Source: Ructibacterium sp.
GTDB lineage: Bacteria > Bacillota > Clostridia > Monoglobales > Monoglobaceae
Length of the DNA: 64,000 nt
NCBI GenBank assembly: GCA_045606185.1
Contig: JAZURN010000047.1
Span: 15,645-79,644, forward strand
Direction: 5' to 3'
Shown here: positions 47,547-56,185 of the stretch, piece after piece
Layout: the number at the start of each line of letters is the position of its first letter
Position numbering within the stretch: the stretch's first letter is position 1
The notes under the pieces: generated by a model
The model's input: only the letters and a program-made list of their open reading frames with translations
Told to the model about the DNA's origin: nothing
The model's database searches: none
Program-made: the position numbers and the translations under genes

Positions 47547-49778
47547 TTAATCCATTGCACCCTGATAGGTAAAGTCAACTGTGACCACTGTTCCTGGCTC
47601 CACGATGGTTCCTGCCTCCGGGGACTGCCCACTGCAAATAGCAGCACCGCCGCCGGGAACACCACGGATTCTGGCGTTTAACCCTTCACTTTGGAGCATC
47701 GCTGCAGCCGAAGAAGCACTTTCTCCCACAACTTTTGGTACCGTTACTGTCCTCTCCGCCTTGGTATTCTTCATATAGGCAACAACCGTGGAACCAGAAG
47801 AAAGTCTGGTATGCGCCTTGGGAATCTGATCCACAATCACGGCATTGTCGTCGCCCTTAATCCGCAACTGAAATCCCGATTCTGCCAAAATAGTTGCTGC
47901 CTCCGCCTTGGTTTTTCCGGACAAATCCGGAACCTCAATATCTACAAACGCCTTTTCACTCTCGTTGTACCGAGGCTGAACACCCAAATATTGCAGGGTT
48001 TCTTCCATAATATTTTTTACCACCGGTGCCGCAATCATACCGCCGTAATAGGGCATCCCGATTTCCGGCTGGTCAAGAATGACCAGACAGGCAATCTGGG
48101 GGTCATCCGCCGGTGCAAACGAGATAAAGGATGCAATGTATTTGCTATTGCCACGGGGAATCTTCTCGGAGGTACCGGTTTTACCGGCAATCCGATATCC
48201 GGCAAGATAGGCATTCTTACCGCCGCCCTCGGACACAACCGATTCCAAAACCTGTCGCATGGTTGCGCTGGTTTCTTTGGAGATGGGCTGCCGAACCAAT
48301 TCCGGTTCCTTTTTCTCCACTACAATATTTTCCGAATTTACAATTTCCTTGATCACATGAGGTTTATAGAGCTTTCCCCCATTTGCAACCGCACTAAATG
48401 CAGTAATCATTTGAAGAGGCGTTACCGTAATGGACTGACCAAAGGAAGAGGTTGCCAAATCCAGCTCGGTAAAGCTTCCCAGGGTAAATCCGGCGCCCAC
48501 TGCCTCGCCGGGAAGCTCTATTCCGGTTTTTTCAAAAAATCCAAAAGCACGGGCACCCGTCAAAAAGTTTTCCTGACCAATTTTTTGACCAATTTGAATA
48601 AATCCGGGGTTACAGGAATTTTGCACCGTCTGGGCAAATGTCTGGGTTCCGTGTCCGTTTCGGTTGGCACAACGGATGCTCTCGCTAAGCACCTGCTGCG
48701 CTCCGGAGCAGCTAAAGGTGTCATCCAGACTAACCGTTCCGGTTTCCAGTCCCAAAGAGGCAACCACCGCCTTGAAGGTAGAACCTGGCTCATAAGAATC
48801 CACCACCGCTTTATTCCGGCGAACCGTCTGGATAACCTCATTGAACCGCTTTGTATAGTCCTCGCCCTCCAGGGCTTTTAATTCCTCATCAATCCCCTCA
48901 TACCTATCCCGAATGGCATCGGTAATGACAAAGGGTTCGTTTAAATCATAGTCCGGCTTGGAACTCATGGCAAGAATTTCGCCGGAATTGACGTCCATAA
49001 CGATTGCCGCCGCACCCATTTCTAATTTATTGGCTATCCGAGCATTTTCCAAATGCTTTTCTACGTATCCTTGAATAACCTCATCAATGGTTAACACTAC
49101 GCTGTTACCATCTTGTGCCTCAATGTAGTTTTCGTAATGAGTTCCCGATTCCAAGCCGGTATTCTGCCGGGTACTAACCACTCGTCCGGGAACACCACTT
49201 AAGGTATCGTCATAGATGCTTTCAATTCCCTCTAAGCCTTGATTATCTCCGCCCACAAAGCCGATAATATGGGATGCCAGATTATTATAGGGGTAGAATC
49301 GTTTCACATCCTCGGTAAAACTGATACCGGCAAGATTCCGGTCATCCACGTACTCCCGAATCTCATCTGCCACATCCTTATCCACTTTTTTCTTGATGTA
49401 TTCAAAGCTGCTTTCCCGATTGATTTTCTTTTCCACATCCTCAGCTTTCAACTCCAGCTTTTCCGCCAAAGCCTCTGCCACTTTGGACACTGTCAGCTCA
49501 TTTTTCTCAATGCTTTTTCTCAAATCTCCCGGGGTAATGCTAATGGTTTCTACCGAAACATTGCTGGCAAGAACCTTTAAATTCCGGTCATAAATTTTGC
49601 CCCGTTTGGCGCTGACCGTCTTATCACTGGTCTGCTGTTCCAGTGCCTCCCGGGAAAGCTGCTCGCCCCGGACAATCTGAATCCACGCCGTTCTGAAGGC
49701 AAGCGCACCAAAGCACACCAAAAATATGATGAGCAAACACATAATTCTATTATTCTGGATTTTTCTACTCTGTTTCAT
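47547..49778 (-). CDS. spoVD: Class B penicillin-binding protein (SpoVD/FtsI) with two PASTA domains
   Basis: RGKIYDRN, YEPGSTFK, SCN, KTGT, PASTA repeats. Confidence 0.88.
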   Translation of the reverse strand: MKQSRKIQNNRIMCLLIIFLVCFGALAFRTAWIQIVRGEQLSREALEQQTSDKTVSAKRGKIYDRNLKVLASNVSVETISITPGDLRKSIEKNELTVSKVAEALAEKLELKAEDVEKKINRESSFEYIKKKVDKDVADEIREYVDDRNLAGISFTEDVKRFYPYNNLASHIIGFVGGDNQGLEGIESIYDDTLSGVPGRVVSTRQNTGLESGTHYENYIEAQDGNSVVLTIDEVIQGYVEKHLENARIANKLEMGAAAIVMDVNSGEILAMSSKPDYDLNEPFVITDAIRDRYEGIDEELKALEGEDYTKRFNEVIQTVRRNKAVVDSYEPGSTFKAVVASLGLETGTVSLDDTFSCSGAQQVLSESIRCANRNGHGTQTFAQTVQNSCNPGFIQIGQKIGQENFLTGARAFGFFEKTGIELPGEAVGAGFTLGSFTELDLATSSFGQSITVTPLQMITAFSAVANGGKLYKPHVIKEIVNSENIVVEKKEPELVRQPISKETSATMRQVLESVVSEGGGKNAYLAGYRIAGKTGTSEKIPRGNSKYIASFISFAPADDPQIACLVILDQPEIGMPYYGGMIAAPVVKNIMEETLQYLGVQPRYNESEKAFVDIEVPDLSGKTKAEAATILAESGFQLRIKGDDNAVIVDQIPKAHTRLSSGSTVVAYMKNTKAERTVTVPKVVGESASSAAAMLQSEGLNARIRGVPGGGAAICSGQSPEAGTIVEPGTVVTVDFTYQGAMD

Positions 49779-49913
49779 CGCCGCAACCTCCATTATCCTC
49801 AATAGACAAATAGCGGAGATACCCTCAACGCAATCCCCGCTATTTCATTTCAAAAATTCTCTATTCTGAATAATCCCAATGACTCTTCTCTATTTAGTCT
49901 ATGTAAGAAATTT

Positions 49914-50513
49914 CTATTTTAAAACACGGATTGCATGAACCAATGCTCCCGGCGTCCCCTGAAGAACTCGGTTTTCTTCTGTTTCTCCGTCCGTTACCAT
50001 GGTGTCCTCCATATCCACATGCACATAAAACATCTGGGCACTATCCGGGCGAATCATACCAAGTTCTTCGGTAGCATACGCCTCCAGGACTCCCAATTCC
50101 AACGCACTGTCCAGCTTTGCCTCCAAAAATTGATTGTCATATTCCAGCTCTGCAACCTGTTGGTTCATTTTAGCAATCTGGTCGTTGGTTTCCAGAATCA
50201 TAGCATACCGGTATATCATCAAAAAGCACATCACAAATACGCCTGCAATCTGGAAAAAAGTACGCAAAATCCGTTTCTTTTCTGCTGCCGTCCGGAATTG
50301 TTCGGTGGCTTTCGCAGGCACCTCCGTCCGGGGTGCCGCTTTCGGGAAAGGCCTTTGGGTGGGAAGATAATTCGGATAGGGTCTTGTATCAACCGGTGTT
50401 CTGACCGCGGCTCTTGCTGTCGTTTGTCCCTGATATCCGTTTTGGATTCCCGAAACACTTCTGTATCCTGCACGGTTCTGTCTTTCCATGGTCGGTACCG
50501 CCACAGCCCTCAT
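49914..50513 (-). CDS. ftsL: FtsL-like cell division protein
   Basis: Single TM, coiled coil, A.EELGM.RP; between rsmH and the PBP. Confidence 0.7.
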   Translation of the reverse strand: MRAVAVPTMERQNRAGYRSVSGIQNGYQGQTTARAAVRTPVDTRPYPNYLPTQRPFPKAAPRTEVPAKATEQFRTAAEKKRILRTFFQIAGVFVMCFLMIYRYAMILETNDQIAKMNQQVAELEYDNQFLEAKLDSALELGVLEAYATEELGMIRPDSAQMFYVHVDMEDTMVTDGETEENRVLQGTPGALVHAIRVLK

Positions 50514-50521
50514 CCTTTCCT

Positions 50522-51457
50522 TTATAGTTTTTCGATAACCCGCAGTTTTGCACTATGGGCTCGGTTGTTCTCTTTTAATTCTGTATCTCCCGCAAGAATC
50601 GGTCTTCGATTTACCGGCTTTGCCACCGGAGTCTTTCCACAAACACAAACAGGAAAATCTTTGGGGCAGGTACACCCCTTTGCCAAATCGGCAAACACAT
50701 TTTTTACAATTCTGTCTTCCAGAGAATGGAAGGTTATGACTGCAAGTCTGCCGCCCGGCTTTAGCACATCCACAAAGTCCCGAATAGCGGAATCCAGACC
50801 AGCCAGCTCACCGTTGACCTCTATCCGGATTGCCTGAAAGGTCCGCTTTGCCGGATGCTTGTCCCCGTATCTGGCCGATGCCGGAAATGCTTGCTTAATA
50901 ATATCAGATAACTCTGTGGTTGTTTCGATGGGTTTTTCCTTCCGACGCTCTGCAATCGCCGCCGCAACTCTGCGGGCAAACCGTTCCTCCCCATAGGCAA
51001 AAATGATTTCTGTCAATTTCTCCTCCGGGTAGGTGTTGACCACTTGATAGGCATCAAGCTCTGCCTCTTGGTTCATTCGCATATCAAGCCGTGCTTCCAT
51101 GTTGTAGCTAAAGCCCCGTTCCGGAATATCCAGTTGGGGAGAGGAAACCCCCAAATCCAGAATGGCACCGTGCAACTCCGGCACGCCTGCTTCCCGTAAA
51201 ATTTCTTTGATTTCAAAAAAGTTTCTATGAAAAAACTTCTTTTGACAAGAAAAAGGCTCCAACCGTTTCCCTGCTGCTTGGTGCGCCATGGTATCCCGGT
51301 CAATGCCAATCAAACACCCGGTATCCGACAGCCTCTCACAAATCAACGAGGAATGTCCGCCGCCGCCTAATGTCCCATCCGCATAGATGCCGTCCGGCAC
51401 AACCTGAAGCAAATCCACGCTTTCTTCCAGTAACACAGAAATATGATGAAACTCCAT
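50522..51457 (-). CDS. rsmH: 16S rRNA m4C1402 methyltransferase
   Basis: DGTLGGGGHS, DLGVSSPQLD, LDMRM, TFHSLEDR. Confidence 0.97.
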   Translation of the reverse strand: MEFHHISVLLEESVDLLQVVPDGIYADGTLGGGGHSSLICERLSDTGCLIGIDRDTMAHQAAGKRLEPFSCQKKFFHRNFFEIKEILREAGVPELHGAILDLGVSSPQLDIPERGFSYNMEARLDMRMNQEAELDAYQVVNTYPEEKLTEIIFAYGEERFARRVAAAIAERRKEKPIETTTELSDIIKQAFPASARYGDKHPAKRTFQAIRIEVNGELAGLDSAIRDFVDVLKPGGRLAVITFHSLEDRIVKNVFADLAKGCTCPKDFPVCVCGKTPVAKPVNRRPILAGDTELKENNRAHSAKLRVIEKL

Positions 51458-51478
51458 CTTTTGCCTCCTGCGCCTTAG

Positions 51479-51904
51479 TTACATCCCCAATTCTTCCATA
51501 ATTTTTGCCACATTTTCCGTTTCAAATTCAGAACTGCCAATATATTCCGTCCATGCTTGTCGGTTCCAAACCTCTACCTTTTCGGTATCGCCAACCACAA
51601 CGATTTCTTTTTGCAAGCCTGCATGCTCCCGAATTTTGGGAGGAATCACAACACGTCCCTGACTATCCACGGCACATTCTTCCGAACCACTGCCGAAGAA
51701 CCGCTGCAGGGGTCTTCGTTGGCTTGGGGGAATGGTCATCAACAATTCCAAAAATCTATCCCACTCTGCCTTGGGATAAATACTTACACAATTATCCAGT
51801 CCTTTGGCTACGACAAAGGATTCGCCCAAGTCGTGACGGAATTTTGACGGAATATTGATTCTTCCTTTTTCATCAATGTTCTGATAATACTCGCCAATCA
51901 GCAC
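51479..51904 (-). CDS. mraZ: Division/cell-wall cluster repressor MraZ
   Basis: GTG start behind AAGGAGG; IDEKGRINIP and VDSQGRVVIP repeats. Confidence 0.94.
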   Translation of the reverse strand: MLIGEYYQNIDEKGRINIPSKFRHDLGESFVVAKGLDNCVSIYPKAEWDRFLELLMTIPPSQRRPLQRFFGSGSEECAVDSQGRVVIPPKIREHAGLQKEIVVVGDTEKVEVWNRQAWTEYIGSSEFETENVAKIMEELGM

Positions 51905-51967
51905 CTTTGCCGCCTCCTTTCGCCGGATTTCATTTCTGGAAAAAAGGGATAAAGTCGCACCTGTTTT

Positions 51968-52006
51968 CATCCACTTCGATACACTTTCATCCACTTTGCT
52001 CCACTT
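51968..52006 (-). promoter_or_regulatory. MraZ-binding direct repeats
   Basis: AAGTGGAGCA AAGTGGATGA AAGTGTATCG AAGTGGATG with 10-bp periodicity upstream of mraZ. Confidence 0.8.
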
Positions 52007-52326
52007 CCTCTTTATTTTAATCCATTTCATACAATAATGCAAGAGTTTTTTTAAAATTTTTTTAAGTTTTTTTTACAAATTTCTAATTTATGGAAACAAA
52101 GGCGACGGAATACCCAAAAATTTACTCCAAACATTTGCGTTTTTTCCCTTTTTTTCGGTTTTTAGGGGCGGTTACCCCGGATTTTACAGATTCTAATGAA
52201 AAACCACGGCAGGTTTCTTGCCTGACAGGGTTTTTCCGTCAACAAAAGGGGGAATTTTCTTTGAAATTAAAAAAAGTGCGAAGAGAAGATATTTTCTTCT
52301 CTTCGCACCAAAATACAAACATCAAT

Positions 52327-53136
52327 TTACAGGGTTGTAGTTTCTTTTCTTTTTTTCTTCCTTTGGTAGATGATGATACCCAGCCCCACCAATACGGTAG
52401 CGATTGCAAGCAACTGGGACACCCGAGCAGCACCTATGTAGAGGGAATCGGCACGAAGTCCCTCAATCCAGGCACGACCCAATCCGTACCAGACAAGATA
52501 CCCGCAGAACTCCTCTCCAGAAAAAGAATGAAACCGCCGGTAAAACAACAGCACCAAGATTCCAATGCCATTCCAGATGGATTCATACAAAAAGGTAGGA
52601 TGAACCCCACTCGCAATAACCTTGCTCCCCTGCTTAATGGTCATTGCCCAAGGCAGGTCGGATGCCGAGCCATACGCCTCTGCGTTGACAAAATTCCCCC
52701 ATCTGCCAATTGCCTGACCAATCAAAAGACCGATGGCAAGTACATCCAGCACCATACCAAGGGAAAGCTTTTTCTTTCGGCAATAAGCAACCAAAACCAA
52801 AACAACGCCAATGATACCGCCGTAGATTGCGATGCCGCCACTGCGAATATCAAAGACCGATAGAACATCTCCGGCATACTGCTCCCAACGGAAGGCCACA
52901 TAGTAAAGTCTTGCACAGACAATGGCAACAGGGGCAGAAAGCAGAATCATATTAAGCAGGTCATCCTGACTAAGCCCCTGCCGCTTTGCCTCTCCCATGC
53001 CATACCAGATGGCAAGAATCAAACCCAAGGCAATCAGCAAACCATACCAGTAGATGGGAATGCCGAGCACCCGAAACGCCACCCGATTGATGGTAACGTC
53101 CAGCCCCAGACCGGAAAAGCTAATTTGATGTATCAT
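52327..53136 (-). CDS. lgt: Prolipoprotein diacylglyceryl transferase
   Basis: IYWYG, ARLYYV, GGIAIYGG, QAIGRWGNF, HPTFLYES. Confidence 0.96.
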   Translation of the reverse strand: MIHQISFSGLGLDVTINRVAFRVLGIPIYWYGLLIALGLILAIWYGMGEAKRQGLSQDDLLNMILLSAPVAIVCARLYYVAFRWEQYAGDVLSVFDIRSGGIAIYGGIIGVVLVLVAYCRKKKLSLGMVLDVLAIGLLIGQAIGRWGNFVNAEAYGSASDLPWAMTIKQGSKVIASGVHPTFLYESIWNGIGILVLLFYRRFHSFSGEEFCGYLVWYGLGRAWIEGLRADSLYIGAARVSQLLAIATVLVGLGIIIYQRKKKRKETTTL

Positions 53137-53151
53137 ATCCGGCTCCTCCTT

Positions 53152-54444
53152 TTACCCCTCAACAGGGCGAACCACCGAGAGCACACAATTCCCGGTATCA
53201 AAATGACTGGCAAGCTGCTTTAAAACCATTTCATCGGTTACCTTTTTGACCTCATCGGCAAATTCCAATGGCCGGTATCCCGCAAGAATATGACGGATAA
53301 AGGCATTCCCCATTCGTTCTACACTGTTGAACATCCGGATATTCCCCGAAATCAGTACCTTTCTGGCTCTCGCCAAATCCTCTGCCGGAATCCCCTCTTT
53401 TTGAAGAGATTCTAGCTTCTCCTTAACCTTTTGGTAGACCTTTTCCGGCTGATTGGACTCGCCCCCAAGCAGGGTAAAGCCATAAGATTTTGCAATCTCG
53501 GTTTCTGCGCCAAAGGAACTGTCAATCAGACCCTCCTCATAGAGTTCCATATAGAAATCACTGCTCTTACCAAAGACCGCCTCTAAAATCAGTTCATTGG
53601 CAATCTCACGACGGAGCCGGGCATCCGCATCGGTTTCTGCCGAGGTTTCTTTAAACCCAATCCGGAACAAGGGTCTGGACACCAATAGTTTCTGCTCAAT
53701 CACTTCCTGCTTTCTTTCTTTCGGCTCCGCCACCTCGCCTCGGGGAATCTGTCCCAGATTCCGGCTTGCATCTACATATTTGTCCACATAGGACATTGCC
53801 TTTTCCAATTCCACATCCCCCACAAGAACCAAAACCATATTGGCAGGGTTATAGAAGGTGTTGTAGCACCGATACAAAAGTTCCGGTGTAATATGAGAGA
53901 TACTTTCCACCGTCCCGGCAATGTCAATCTTGACCGGATTTTCATGGTACATGGCAGAGAGAGCATTGAAGAAGACCCTCCATTCGGCATCGTCATCGTA
54001 CATCTTGATTTCCTGACCAATGATACCCTGTTCCTTTGCCACATTCTCCTTGGTAAACCAGGGATGGTTGACAAATTCAAGCAGAATATCCAAGTTTTCA
54101 TAAAATTTGTCGGTACAGGAGAACAGATATGCCGTCATATCAAAACTGGTAAAGGCATTACTGCTGGCACCGGTTTTGGCAAACAAATCAAAGGCGTTGC
54201 CCCCGTCCTCCTGCTCAAAGAGCTTATGCTCCAGATAGTGAGCAATGCCATCGGGAACGGTGGTCATCTCTTTTTCCCCGGGAACCTGAAAGCACCGGTC
54301 AATGGAGCCATATTCGGTACCATAGATGGCGTAGTATTTGCTAAAACCTTTTTTGGGGAAGACATAGACCCGCAGTCCGCTCTCATGGACGGCGAACTGC
54401 ATTTCTTCCTGGAGTTGTTCATTTAAAATCCGTTTGATTTCCAT
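53152..54444 (-). CDS. ymfH: M16 zinc peptidase, catalytic subunit (YmfH-like)
   Basis: PDGIAHYLEHKLFE (HxxEH), NAFTS, EQGIIGQEI. Confidence 0.88.
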   Translation of the reverse strand: MEIKRILNEQLQEEMQFAVHESGLRVYVFPKKGFSKYYAIYGTEYGSIDRCFQVPGEKEMTTVPDGIAHYLEHKLFEQEDGGNAFDLFAKTGASSNAFTSFDMTAYLFSCTDKFYENLDILLEFVNHPWFTKENVAKEQGIIGQEIKMYDDDAEWRVFFNALSAMYHENPVKIDIAGTVESISHITPELLYRCYNTFYNPANMVLVLVGDVELEKAMSYVDKYVDASRNLGQIPRGEVAEPKERKQEVIEQKLLVSRPLFRIGFKETSAETDADARLRREIANELILEAVFGKSSDFYMELYEEGLIDSSFGAETEIAKSYGFTLLGGESNQPEKVYQKVKEKLESLQKEGIPAEDLARARKVLISGNIRMFNSVERMGNAFIRHILAGYRPLEFADEVKKVTDEMVLKQLASHFDTGNCVLSVVRPVEG

Positions 54445-55722
54445 CTAGGCTTCCTCCTCTCCGCCGCCGTTGCCTTTTAGGAAGTACACGGTATCCAAAG
54501 TTACCTTTTGCATCACGGCAACAATTTCCTCCTTGGTTACCTGTCCCAAGCAGGAAAGCAGCTCCTCCAGACTTTGCTCCTGTCCCAAAATTGCCTGACT
54601 TAAATAGTAGTCCTCCTTTGCTCGGAGGCTATCCTCCATAGAGCGAAGTCCGTTTTCCAGATACTTTTTCGCTGCCGTCAGTTCGGCGTCCTCGATTTCG
54701 CCCTGTTTCATCTTATTTAACTGAACCATGATTTCATCATAGGCTGCCTGGAAATTCTCGGTTTGGATACCGGAGCTAATCATCATCACACTCTTCAATC
54801 GGTCAGTTCTTGCTGCCGCATAGTAGGCAAGGCTCAACTTTTCCCGGACATTATTAAAGAGCTTGGAGAAAGGACTTCCTCCAAAGATGCAACTGCCCAG
54901 CATCAGGGCATAGTATTCCCGCTCCGTCGGGTTCACTCCACAGCAAAGACCCATAGAGAGCTTACTCTGGGATGCCTGCATTTCCTCTACAATCCTCTCA
55001 GGTTGGTTCCGTTTGGACACTGCCGGCTCCGTTTTGGGATAACCGGCTGTTCTGGGAGCAAGGACACTCCCCAGAACGGATTCTACCTGTTCCTCCACCT
55101 CTTTGGTTACGGTACCGCCCAGGAAAATATCCACCTTGGCGGTCTTTATTATCTCCTGATAGAAACCATAGAGCTTTTCAGGGGTAATTCCCTCTAAATC
55201 CTCTACATAGCCTGCCTCGAACATACCATAACCTTCGCCATCAAACATTGCCTCCCGGCACTTGACATCGGCATATTCCTTTTTGTCGTTGATGAGCCCC
55301 AGAATGGATTCTCGAAGATTCTCTTTTTCGCTTTCCACATACTCCGGCATAAACCCCTCGTTTTCTACCTTGGGCGAGAAAACAAACTCCTTCAAAAAAT
55401 CCAGAACCTGTGCGGTCAGATTCTCGCCAATGTAGGTGTCGGCAATGTATTCCATCGTAATATACAGAACCTCGCCGTCCCCTTTCATCCGGACACCGGC
55501 GCTGCAGGAGGCACTGTACAAGTCTGCCAGATGCCGTGCCATGTGGGAAAGCTTCGGGTATTTTTGAGAACCACGTTTTAATACCGAGGGCAAAAGTGCC
55601 GCCATGGTTACAGTTTCCCGCCTCAAGGGAATATGAAAGAAAAGGCTTAAGGTATTGGTTTTAAACTTGGTGTTTTCCAAAATCCGCAGGTCAACACCGT
55701 CGCAAATTCGTTTGGTCCGCAT
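54445..55722 (-). CDS. ymfF: M16 peptidase, non-catalytic partner (YmfF-like)
   Basis: KFKT, QSKLSMG, FGGSPFSKLFNNVREKLSLAYY; no HxxEH. Confidence 0.86.
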   Translation of the reverse strand: MRTKRICDGVDLRILENTKFKTNTLSLFFHIPLRRETVTMAALLPSVLKRGSQKYPKLSHMARHLADLYSASCSAGVRMKGDGEVLYITMEYIADTYIGENLTAQVLDFLKEFVFSPKVENEGFMPEYVESEKENLRESILGLINDKKEYADVKCREAMFDGEGYGMFEAGYVEDLEGITPEKLYGFYQEIIKTAKVDIFLGGTVTKEVEEQVESVLGSVLAPRTAGYPKTEPAVSKRNQPERIVEEMQASQSKLSMGLCCGVNPTEREYYALMLGSCIFGGSPFSKLFNNVREKLSLAYYAAARTDRLKSVMMISSGIQTENFQAAYDEIMVQLNKMKQGEIEDAELTAAKKYLENGLRSMEDSLRAKEDYYLSQAILGQEQSLEELLSCLGQVTKEEIVAVMQKVTLDTVYFLKGNGGGEEEA

Positions 55723-55832
55723 ATCGCTCACTCCTTGTTACATACTTTACCTATTGTTCCAATTTTCGGTTAGAACATGCACGATAGGAAAAGCGGACAC
55801 CACAAAAAGAGATGTCCGCCTCTGTTTCTTGT

Positions 55833-56174
55833 TTAGCCCGGAGGCCAGCCTAAATTTCTGCCTGCCAGAACGTGGAAGTGAAGATGTCCCACTGTCTGTC
55901 CTCCGTCCTCGCCGCAGTTGTTCACAATCCGGTATCCGGCATCTGCAAAGCCTTGCTCCTTGGCAATCCTTGCGGCAACCGCAAAGATGTGTCCCACTAC
56001 ACCGGCGGTTTCCTCGGTTAACTCATTGGCAGAAGCAATGTGTACCTTGGGAATCAAAATGATATGGGTTGGTGCTTGCGGGTCAATGTCTAAAAAGCCA
56101 TAGACCAAATCATCCTCATAGACCTTGGTGGAGGGAATCTCCCCCGCTACAATCTTGCAAAATAAGCAATCCAT
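55833..56174 (-). CDS. Histidine triad (HIT) nucleotide-binding protein
   Basis: CLFCKIVAGEIP, GQTVGHLHFHVLAGR, WPPG. Confidence 0.94.
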   Translation of the reverse strand: MDCLFCKIVAGEIPSTKVYEDDLVYGFLDIDPQAPTHIILIPKVHIASANELTEETAGVVGHIFAVAARIAKEQGFADAGYRIVNNCGEDGGQTVGHLHFHVLAGRNLGWPPG

Positions 56175-56185
56175 TGTCCTTCCTC

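Noticed and set aside
47691-48881. Long antisense ORFs (for example 47691-48881, 37987-38811, 49935-50837, 35579-36328, 31463-32203)
   Set aside because: They are shadow frames opposite well-supported genes and have no recognisable motifs.
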